A DNA stretch of 64,000 bases from Trypanosoma brucei (taxonomy: Eukaryota), in contig CP000071.1 in assembly GCA_000002445.1 (NCBI GenBank), positions 640,001 to 704,000 on the forward strand, in the 5' to 3' direction. Made by a program: the position numbers and the translations under genes. Below the pieces are notes generated by a model. The model was not told the origin of the DNA and made no database searches. It worked only from the letters and a program-made list of their open reading frames with translations. Of the stretch, positions 55,485-64,000 are shown in pieces. The number at the start of each line of letters is the position of its first letter. The stretch's first letter is position 1.

Positions 55485-56084
55485 ATGGGTTGTGGAGGTT
55501 CAGCTCCTGCTAACAAAGACAGGCATGTGGGTGCAGATCCACCAAAACCTTCAGAGCATTCGGAACATTCAAAACCTTCAGATCCTTCAGATCCTGCTGA
55601 TGCTACTCGTATTCACAAAATCTGTACACTTCCACTACATGACAAGGATAAGCCAGTTGCTGCTGCAGCAATTAGGGTTACCGACCCCAAGTGTATTTCG
55701 GATATTTTACCTCCGGAATTCCTTGAGGGAAAGAAGGTGCATAATGAATTTTGTGCAATTACTCTCTCCTTCGATGATGGAAAGCCGGAGGATGAAGGCC
55801 TTTTTGAGAAGTTGAAGGAATTGGAAGGTACTTCCATCGAATTGAAACCAACCCATATTGTGATGAATGAAAAAGTCGCCGCCATTGGGGTGTGTAATAA
55901 TGATGAATTCCCCTGCCAGGACGCACACCCGCATATCCTCGTTGCAACTGCTCCAGATGCCACACAGGAGGATATTGATGATGTAACCAAGAAAGGAAAG
56001 ATTGAGATATTTTGCGCGAGAAAACTTCCCGATCTGCCACCTGATATCACCATCCCAGGTGAGTTTCGTTTCATGCACTGGTGA
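55485..56084 (+). CDS. acylated 2H-phosphoesterase-like protein, A-type, copy 4
   Basis: 199 aa; identical to copy 2. Confidence 0.75.
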   Translation: MGCGGSAPANKDRHVGADPPKPSEHSEHSKPSDPSDPADATRIHKICTLPLHDKDKPVAAAAIRVTDPKCISDILPPEFLEGKKVHNEFCAITLSFDDGKPEDEGLFEKLKELEGTSIELKPTHIVMNEKVAAIGVCNNDEFPCQDAHPHILVATAPDATQEDIDDVTKKGKIEIFCARKLPDLPPDITIPGEFRFMHW

Positions 56085-57134
56085 GTATTTCCCTGTTCCT
56101 TGTGTTTCAATGGTTTCACAAGAGTACATATGAATTGTTGTAAGTGTGCTGGCAGTTGCTGTTACTCTGATCGATCAAAGAGTTAGTGGTACTGCGCTTC
56201 ATTACTTTATTACTTTTGCTATTTTGTTTTACGAATTTACTTGCCTTTGTCCCTTCTTACTTTCCTTTTGATAACCTTTAGATATTTGCGTGTGGAGGTT
56301 TTGGTTTACTGTTATCCACATCTGGGGCTATATTCCCTTCATTTGAATTTTATTATTGCGGTATTGACTTTTTCTTTCAAAGAAGATGATGAACGTTGGA
56401 ATAACGAATAGGGACGATACGAGGGGAATGAAGAAAAGGCAGAAAAATGATACGGAGAGGAGGGAAAGACAAAATACAAACAATATGTGGGAGAGATATT
56501 TTTGCTTTGCTTTGGTTTGATATCTGTTTTGTTTGTTTTTTTTTCGTTGTGTTCGATGTTTTTTTGATCTTATTTTCCGAGACTTTATTATACAGGATTT
56601 GTTTAACTTATGTACTTTATTACCTATTGCTTGTGTGCCATTGTTGTGTTACTATGAAACATTTATTGGTGTGGCAGAATAAAATGTGTTTTGGCATTGC
56701 TTTCCACAAGTAACCGAAGGGCACCAAATATTTGCTATGGGATAGCAATTTAAATGCAGGGAAGGTGAAGGAGGGCAATAATTGGACAATGTAATTTTTT
56801 TTTACTGTTATGTGTTCGATTTGGGTAGGAAAATGTGATTGTGGGAGCTTGTCCTGGGGTGATGGAGGTATTTTTCATTTTTTTGTGATGGTAATGATTT
56901 TTTTTTTTTTGGTCGGCCCTTTGTGTCAACTAGCATCTTCTTTGGAGTAGGTGCATATGTGCGTGCAGCTGCTTTTTAGTGAGCACCTCGTGTTTTAAGT
57001 GTCTTTTTTTATTATACCTTTTTGCTATTACCTTCTTGTTTTTTGCTTTTGAAACGTTTTTGATAATACACTAAAAGAGTAGACAGAAAACAGTAGTTGG
57101 TATATAGAAGAACTTATTAGTCGCTTCTCGAGTT

Positions 57135-57848
57135 GTGATTCTTGTTTGTAGAATTTTTTTTTGGTTTTCTCCTCCTGTGTTGTTGGTTATGTTGATGTTT
57201 CATCTTAACGCCAATAGGCACCTTCTCCAGCCTCCCACGAAGAATCGGCGGGGGGAGGTGGTTTCTCAGACTCAAAGGAATCGTGTGTGTCCCGCTGCTA
57301 TCCGCGCTTACAGATTTTTATCTGATGATATTTCCTCGCAGCTTAACATATGTTGTGCTGTTCTGCAAGTTCCCTTTTCGGGGATCCCCGGCGCCCCTCC
57401 GTCTACAGTAGTGACGAAGGAGTCGGTTCACCCATCGTCAATGCTCGTCGTTTGGAATGATACAACGGCTGCCGAGATCGCCATGTCGTTGCTTCGTGAA
57501 GTACGAGGTGATGTCGATAGTGCTTTTGCTGCTGCAGAGAGTGCTACAAAGGCGGAAGGGGCTGATGAAGTGGTGGGTGCAGCAAACCCCGAAGATAATT
57601 TGGGCGCGTCTCGTGACGATTCCGCCACAGCGGTTTATGTAATCAAGTTGTCCGTGGGCGCCGTGAGCGCTGATGGCAACGCGACGCTGTCACCAATTGC
57701 GTCTGTGGAACTGCGGCAAGTGATTAGGGGGGAGCCGCTGGTCTTTCCCTCGCGACGCGCCGGCATGCCAGCTGTTGATGTACCCATTTCAACTCTCCCG
57801 TACCGTTTGGGTGATCCCATATTCTTTACGTGCAAACGGCTGCGTTGA
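57135..57848 (+). CDS. hypothetical protein (start uncertain; Ala/Ser-rich)
   Basis: 237-aa ORF; the 5' part is pyrimidine-rich and probably UTR; no domain recognised. Confidence 0.2.
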   Translation: MILVCRIFFWFSPPVLLVMLMFHLNANRHLLQPPTKNRRGEVVSQTQRNRVCPAAIRAYRFLSDDISSQLNICCAVLQVPFSGIPGAPPSTVVTKESVHPSSMLVVWNDTTAAEIAMSLLREVRGDVDSAFAAAESATKAEGADEVVGAANPEDNLGASRDDSATAVYVIKLSVGAVSADGNATLSPIASVELRQVIRGEPLVFPSRRAGMPAVDVPISTLPYRLGDPIFFTCKRLR

Positions 57849-58274
57849 ATCTGCCTTTTACTCCTTCCTACACTTAGAGAAGGATGTTGTGTACATGTAC
57901 TATTATTGTGGACTGCTGCGCATGTAAATCGCTGTACTACAGAGCAGGTCCGTAATACTCTAAGGGGAAGCACTTTACTTTTTCCTCGTTGTCCAAGGCA
58001 ATTAACCACTGACTTCGCACTCGTGGAACCCCCTCAAAGGTTGTACATATTATGACGACATGGTCGGTCGCTCATTCTCTCTTTTCTCATTTGGTGCCTC
58101 TTGTCTGGCGTACTAATAGTAGTAGTTTTCCTGAATAGCTGCGCAGGGGCATCCATCACTTCGAGTTTGACGCTTGCGTATAATCCAGCACCCCGTGGCT
58201 TGCTTTAGCTGTCCCCGCGGCAACTGGTAGTGAAAGGAAGGATATATATATATATATATATATCAAAGAAGTAA

Positions 58275-58940
58275 ATGGATGATGTGAAGAGGAAGTCCGC
58301 GATGTTGATGACGAAGGGTATCATTGAGCTTAGGCAGAGTCCACCCGCTTTGGTCTGTACCATTCGGCGTTTCAAGCATCCGATGAGTGGCAAAGAGGTT
58401 ACGTTGTATCCGGTTCCAAACATCGCCGCCCCTCATTACTTTCGCCGCGTTTTGGACGCGCACCATCTGACAAATAATTTTGATAAGGTCCTTTGTGAGG
58501 ATGGTAGGCTGCCGTTTCAGGCTGGCACTGCGCTGGCCAGAAGGCACGAAGTGTTCAAGCGGCTGCTGCCCTTCTTATCCCTTCGCCCAGTTGTTGTAAA
58601 TGGGGATAAGTTTGATGGCATCGTTGAGCGTGATCCCTTGGAGTCTCGCATGGCCTACCAGATGCTGTTGGACGGGGCCGATCCGCCAGTTGACCCACGC
58701 GCGCGCCGTGCCATTGAGCGTATAGAAGGTTACGCAGATGCTACAAAAACAGTTTGCCCATGGGGAGTCTATCACCTGGTGTATATGACGTACAGACTGC
58801 GAACTCTTGGTTACACCGTGGAGAGCGAGGAAGAGTTAGAGGTTGTGGGGATGAAGGAAGTTATGGTCCTCGGTTGTTTCATGGGCATCACTACCTTCTG
58901 GATGATGTACGCCTTATACAGAATGTTGTTCGGCTTTTAG
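58275..58940 (+). CDS. hypothetical protein with C-terminal TM anchor
   Basis: 221 aa; ATG follows a (TA)n tract; C-terminal hydrophobic MVLGCFMGITTFWMMYALYRMLFGF; no domain recognised. Confidence 0.35.
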   Translation: MDDVKRKSAMLMTKGIIELRQSPPALVCTIRRFKHPMSGKEVTLYPVPNIAAPHYFRRVLDAHHLTNNFDKVLCEDGRLPFQAGTALARRHEVFKRLLPFLSLRPVVVNGDKFDGIVERDPLESRMAYQMLLDGADPPVDPRARRAIERIEGYADATKTVCPWGVYHLVYMTYRLRTLGYTVESEEELEVVGMKEVMVLGCFMGITTFWMMYALYRMLFGF

Positions 58941-59387
58941 TTGCTCTGTGAGCTGCGCAAGCACCTAATGGTGAAAAGATGTTGCATCGTTGCCAGCAAG
59001 AGTTTGGCGCACGAACCAACAGAATCTGGAAAAGGAGTAATACGTGCCACATGAGTTTCGTGGTGGCGCGTCACCCCTTTTCCGTTGCCATAAGATCGTA
59101 TCGTGTTGCCTGGATTGCTCCCCCTCATATGAATTTGAGTGTTTCATTACACAGTGGTATCATCTGTTATTGCTATCGTCGTAGTTTCTCACAACTTTAG
59201 ATGTGCTCGTTTGAGGCGACAACCAAGTGCCTTGTGGGAGGTTCTTCCATTTTTCCACCCCCCCACACGGAGTTGCGGCACAAGCTCATTGAAAGGGGTG
59301 AAAGAAAAAAGGAAAGGAGAGGTACAGTGGAGGATAAAATTGTGTTTAAAATGGCCCCCTTCACTTTTCTTCCTGTCTTCATGCCTT

Positions 59388-59414
59388 TATATATATATAT
59401 ATATATATATATAT
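59388..59414. repeat. (TA)13 microsatellite
   Basis: tatatatatatatatatatatatatat. Confidence 0.9.
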
Positions 59415-59548
59415 TCCTAGCACACTAATTGATCCCTTCACTTCTTCCCTCTACTTAGCAACTTTAGGAAAGGTAGAACGTGAAGCAGAGAGAAGCACCA
59501 AGTTATTCCTCAGAGGGTTTTCTCACCCGGTGTAGCATAAATTAAGAG

Positions 59549-59878
59549 ATGCCTCCCAAGTATGACAATGTCCAGCGGCTCCTCGATGCTGAAAGAAGGC
59601 GGAATGAAGTTATTGCCAATGCGAAAGCTCAGAAGCAGGCGAAGGTGAAGCAGGCTAAAGTTGATGCCGAACGCGAAGTTGCTGCTTTCCACGCGGAGAA
59701 GGAACGCGAATATGAAGCATACCGCCAGCAGCAGGAGGCACTTACCGAGAAAGAAAAGGAACAATTGCGATCTGATACGGATGTCTGGTTACAACAGCTC
59801 AACGCCATGGCGGCCAATCGCATGCAGGCGGTTGAAACTATGATGACTGGTTTGATACTGCGATGTCAGGACAACTGA
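59549..59878 (+). CDS. V-type H+-ATPase subunit G
   Basis: 109 aa. N-terminal QRLLDAERRRNEVIANAKAQKQAKVKQAKVDAEREVAAFHAEKEREYEAY matches the Vma10/ATP6V1G pattern (IQQLLQAEKRA...AR..K..RLKQAK.EA..EI..YR..RE.EF). Confidence 0.7.
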   Translation: MPPKYDNVQRLLDAERRRNEVIANAKAQKQAKVKQAKVDAEREVAAFHAEKEREYEAYRQQQEALTEKEKEQLRSDTDVWLQQLNAMAANRMQAVETMMTGLILRCQDN

Positions 59879-61685
59879 TGGGTGTAGGAGCAAGATAAAA
59901 GGGAAAGGCAGTTGAATGAACGGATTTGTGGTGTCGGTTAGGCTCAGGGAGGGGGAAGAAGTAAAATAAAATGAAAGGGAGAAGGTAATGGTGAGAATGA
60001 TGGTGTGTATAAGGAAGAGGGAGGGTGAAAAGTGAAGGAAGGAAAAATGAAGAAGGAACTGTAAGGGAGATGAAGAGGTGAGAATTGGAAGAGATTATGT
60101 CGAAAAGGAGGAGAAAACGGGCTTGAGAGGTAGGTTGAGGTTCTAGCATCCAGTGAAGGAACAAATTTGTTAATTTGCTTTTCCCCCAATCTCATATCAT
60201 CGCACTTTGTAAACCTTCTCTGCCGCTTACGCGGTTGAAGGGAGACAGAACGGGGTGACACCAAGAAAGGAGACATTTCTTCTTTCATTTTTTGTGTGTT
60301 TGTTTGTGTGGACGATGCGAGGGGGGGGGACAAAAAAAAAAAAGCGACTTAAACCTGGGGGCTGGGCGTGTAATCGTGCCGCAGTGGCCTTCTCCTGAAA
60401 CCAGTATCTCCCGTTCGCCCACAAAATGTCTCTTTTTATCATTTCCTGCACGATCACATTTGCATACTTTGGCTTCTACCAAATGCGTTTGCCCCGCACC
60501 AGTTTCTTTCTTTTTGTTTTTTTTCGTTATTTTGTTGGCGCTGTTGATCTTATTTTTGTGTGTTTGTGCTTCTCCCCCTCTCCTCTCTCTTTCCCTCTTT
60601 TGAATGATGCGATGTGTTTTGTGTCTTTGCTTCAACCCATAACATTGCTTTCATTCAACATCCTTGTTCCTATATACGGACATGGCACCTTTGTGCCCCT
60701 TCTTTTCCATTCTCTTTCCAAAAAAAGACAAAACAATAAAAATGTGCAACTCCCTGTTCCTGTGTTGGTTGAATTGTGGGACAGTTCTTGCTATTCATTC
60801 AAAATATTACGTTTCTTTAAACTGAGGGGAGCGACGTTGCCGTCATTTGCATCAGTCCCTTACCCTCCTCCTCTCTTCCATGTTGTTAGACTTTCATGGA
60901 GTAATGAAGCTCAAATATTCTTATTACGCATGTGTCTCCGGTACGTTTCATATGTTTTTCGTTTCTCTCCGTCTTTTTCTTTTCTTTTTTCTCCCTTTTC
61001 TTTTTCCCCATGCGGGTGTGACATGGCTTTGTCGCGTTGAAGGAACGTTAAGCATTGAGCCATTCAGTAGTCCACTACACTGGCTGTACCAATTATTATT
61101 TTTCTTTTGATTCATACATTTACAAATACATAAGGGAGAAATTAATAATTTAAAAAAAATAATTGATCAACAGTAAGAAAATAAGGATAAGTTAAATTAA
61201 CAAAAAGTGTGGAGGAGACAGCTTTTCTCCCCCTCCCTTGTGGTGCATCTGTGCGCCTGTGGACGGTCTTTACACATTTTTTTGCCGCGGGGAAATATCT
61301 CCCCTTATTGTTCTTTGTTTGCAGCCAACAATTAATATAATTCATTTGGTGCTATTTTAGTCGTATTAGTTGGCAAACTTCTTCACCTTCGGAGAAAGCA
61401 GCACGAAAAGGGAAGAGTCCCGGCGGGAGATTTACCCTCCTGTATTTTTCTTCAGAAAAAAAAAGAGAACAGGTCTGTCTGATAACGAATACGGTTGCAG
61501 GGGTAAGTAAAGAAGTATATATACATAGAAAGAGCAGTTTTGAGGTGAAGCTCATCTGGAACAGGGCAAAGTGGATAGCACCACACAATTAAGATAGAGT
61601 GTTTTAGTTATTTGTCGCTGGTGCCACTTTTGTCGGTCTTCACAATCTTTATTTTGAGCAGTTACTCACTGCCTTAAGTAACACC

Positions 61686-62390
61686 ATGAGCTCTGCTGAG
61701 CGGCATGCGGTTATGCTTCAGGATTGGCTCTTCGCGTGGGAAATCATCGCATCTTTCAGCTCCCCACGAACAGTGTGTGACCTTGAGACCTTATCACGTG
61801 ATGTTCATAAGGTGATACGTGACAGTTCCACTGGCACACGCCTTATGCAGAGGTATTGGAACGTGCAATACCACCGACTCGTATGGGGAGATGAAGACCT
61901 TGATATCGGGAAACGTACACTTCATTTCTCCCTACCGCGCGCCTCCGGGCGAAAGAACTGGAAGAAGTTGTATCGGGAAGAGTATCCGCTTTGGCTCGCT
62001 CGCACCTTTCAGGGGATGGGCTCGCGTAACAATGATATCAATGAAGCAAAGGTGCGATTTCAGGTGGAGCCGGCGAATGAACTGCTAAGTGGAGAGGCGA
62101 TGGAAAGCCTGGAACTTACGCAGGAGGAAACTGTCGCACGGCGTGTAGCAAAAGGTTTTGTCCGTGTGGAAGAAGGAAGCGGTAGTGGGCCCAACTCAGT
62201 GGATCGCAGGGGCAGGCGGAAGAGTGGTGGCAGTCAAAACCGCAAAGAGAAGCTGGTGGCCAAAGATCCGGCGGAGGGTCTTCAGCGTGAGGACTACAAA
62301 AATGACCGGCGCCTTCAGAAGCACAGGACAAAACATAATAAAGGCAAGGGGGGCACATGGGACGGGTACGCAGATGGTGAGTTTGATTAG
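61686..62390 (+). CDS. hypothetical protein, possible F-box-like N-terminus, basic C-terminus
   Basis: LQDWLFAWEIIASFSSPRTVCDLETLSRDVHKVIRD loosely fits the F-box hydrophobic pattern; K/R-rich tail; weak. Confidence 0.3.
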   Translation: MSSAERHAVMLQDWLFAWEIIASFSSPRTVCDLETLSRDVHKVIRDSSTGTRLMQRYWNVQYHRLVWGDEDLDIGKRTLHFSLPRASGRKNWKKLYREEYPLWLARTFQGMGSRNNDINEAKVRFQVEPANELLSGEAMESLELTQEETVARRVAKGFVRVEEGSGSGPNSVDRRGRRKSGGSQNRKEKLVAKDPAEGLQREDYKNDRRLQKHRTKHNKGKGGTWDGYADGEFD

Positions 62391-62782
62391 TGTATGCAGG
62401 AATATGATAGTGTTGATGCGTTTTTTCTCCCTTGGATGGTCCACTTCCGCACGCGAATCCCCGCCCCACTCCCTCCCTCTTTCTTTTTCTTTTTTTGTAT
62501 CTTACAGTGAAGTGTTTATCGTATCATTTGCCCCCCCCCCATACACACGCACACACCTGATAGTTTTCGTTTTTACTTTTCTGACTGGAAGTTGTGACAA
62601 CTGCCTTTAATATTGAGGCGGGTATTAAGACGGAATGAGTTAAGTATCCACTGAAGGCCGGTACAAACCAGGTAACGGCTCCTCAGGCAGTGTTTTTTTT
62701 TTTTTGTCTTTTGTTGTTGTTGTTTTGTTGGCGGTGCCTGCATTGACTGAAGGCGTCGAAGTAACTCGCAAAGGAAAAAGAT

Positions 62783-62810
62783 GGAGGAGGAGGAGGAGGA
62801 GGAGGAGGAG
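62783..62810. repeat. (GGA)9 trinucleotide repeat
   Basis: ggaggaggaggaggaggaggaggaggag. Confidence 0.9.
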
Positions 62811-63249
62811 TGATTGTTCTTATTATATGCTAGCGAAGGTATCGGACTAACTGACAAGGGGCTTCCACACAACATAATTTTTTTTCTTTGGTGGTTAAAA
62901 GTTCTGTGTGCTGTGGGCTTATTCGCGATCGACAAACTACAATGGTTTGGGGTGTACGAGTTGATGGAAAGTTATACATGGCTATCACCAACTTTTCCCT
63001 CACACTGAGCCGTTTCCGCCCATGCATTCCTCTCACGTCTTACCATGCGTGCTTATCTACGTCTATTCCTCTTTGATACTGTGAACCAATGTTACCATGA
63101 AGATAAAAGATATATATATATATATAGTACGCAGGAAAGCAGGGGAACGAAAAAGAAACCCCGGATAAAGTGGTGAAGATAAAGTTGGTTATTTATTATT
63201 ATTTTTTTTTATTTTTTTTGTGTGTGGGAACCCACATTAGTGCGTTGGG

Positions 63250-63636
63250 GTGTTACCAAGCAAACGTAGAAAAAAAGGGCTGATGAACCGGTTCTGCCGG
63301 CCATTCGCCGCAGCAACTTCATTACGTGTCGGTTCATCTGAACGCTGCAGCAGTCGAGCAGCGCTTATGGTATCGACACGTGGAAAATATGTGAGGCAAC
63401 CCAGTCCTCAGTGGGACCCCGTACATGAAGATATAAATGCACATGTGAAGAAGCGGATTCCGGGCGAAACCCGGGTGGACCGCGTGCGGCGATTTGCCCG
63501 GGAGTGGCGTAATGTAGAATTGGAGCTTGGGGTCTACAAGGACTCACGAGGTCGTGAAATTAAGTACCGCAAAACGTTTGTTTACCGTTACACGTACCCC
63601 AACGCATTCGATGAGTTTTGGTGGCCGTGCAAGTGA
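63250..63636 (+). CDS. hypothetical protein (128 aa)
   Basis: ORF only; no domain recognised. Confidence 0.25.
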   Translation: MLPSKRRKKGLMNRFCRPFAAATSLRVGSSERCSSRAALMVSTRGKYVRQPSPQWDPVHEDINAHVKKRIPGETRVDRVRRFAREWRNVELELGVYKDSRGREIKYRKTFVYRYTYPNAFDEFWWPCK

Positions 63637-64000
63637 TGAAGCAAAAGAAAGTATTTATATACATATACATATATGTGTGTGTGTAGAAAATACTTCGTTG
63701 CAACTTGAGCAACGGAGTGTTGTTGTGGAGGGGAGAGGAAGTGATCGCAATTGGAGAAGCTCAGGAAAGAGGAAAGTCGCGTGTGTTCTGATTTAAAAAA
63801 AAAAAAATAGAACAAACCTATATCAGAGATAGTAGTGTACAATTGTAGGAGTGAAAGTTGTAGTTACAGCTGTAGGCATTGTGGGGAGAAGGGGTTTTAC
63901 ATTCGATATAGTTTCAGTGTGTTGATCCGATGCGAATGTGGCGCGGAAAGAATAAGAAAGGGAGCGGGAAGGATAAGATTATTGCTTCGAGCATGCGCAT

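Larger units (their letters stand above)
50429..56736. repeat. Segmental duplication block, locus 2. Order: 2H-domain 3' end, B-type downstream, X element, three tandem A units
   Basis: Matches 16317-17607 and then 13916-15650 of locus 1; the A unit is repeated three times. Confidence 0.85.
51783..56736 (+). repeat. Tandem array of 1663-bp units (about 2.98 copies), each carrying one A-type gene
   Basis: ATG positions 52159, 53822 and 55485 are exactly 1663 bp apart; flanks are identical. Confidence 0.9.

Noticed and set aside
51783-56736. Regularly spaced direct repeats as a CRISPR-like array or a prokaryotic mobile element
   Set aside because: The units are 1663 bp and protein-coding. The context is a eukaryotic (kinetoplastid) polycistron. 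There are no short repeat/spacer organisation, no cas genes, no IS-type inverted termini and no transposase.

Overview
This window looks like one + strand polycistronic gene cluster from a trypanosomatid, most consistent with Trypanosoma brucei chromosome 8 around the MRPA/PTR1 region. Coding density is about 60%, the intergenic regions are pyrimidine-rich with (TA)n and (GT)n microsatellites, and I see no introns. Every credible gene is on the + strand, and the minus-strand ORFs overlap + strand genes and look spurious.

Genes I can recognise are:
- GDP-mannose pyrophosphorylase
- a 3034-aa BEACH/WD40 protein
- V-ATPase proteolipid c and subunit G
- an ABHD4/5-like alpha/beta hydrolase
- two RNI-type LRR proteins, one with a cNMP-binding domain
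- the ABCC transporter MRPA
- a Yip1-family protein
- pteridine reductase PTR1
- a 1499-aa RING-finger protein
- a HUS1-like checkpoint clamp subunit
- a TrpRS with an N-terminal extension, probably mitochondrial
- several hypothetical proteins

The unusual content is a repeated gene family carrying an N-terminal MGCGGS signal for N-myristoylation/palmitoylation followed by a LigT/CNPase-like 2H phosphoesterase fold. One single-copy member (B, 16024..16584) keeps both canonical H-x-T-x motifs. Four near-identical copies (A: 14365, 52159, 53822, 55485) have both motifs mutated and are predicted pseudo-enzymes. A third version of the domain forms the C-terminus of an 847-aa protein (48146..50689) that also has a polynucleotide-kinase-like P-loop. 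That architecture resembles CNPase and the tRNA-ligase kinase-CPD module, and its 3' end is nucleotide-identical to gene B.

These genes sit in two multi-kb direct-repeat blocks (13500..17607 and 50429..56736, tandem unit 1663 bp). The blocks bracket a ~33 kb unique segment that includes MRPA and PTR1, the H-locus drug-resistance pair known from Leishmania. No CRISPR, rRNA or tRNA genes were recognised.
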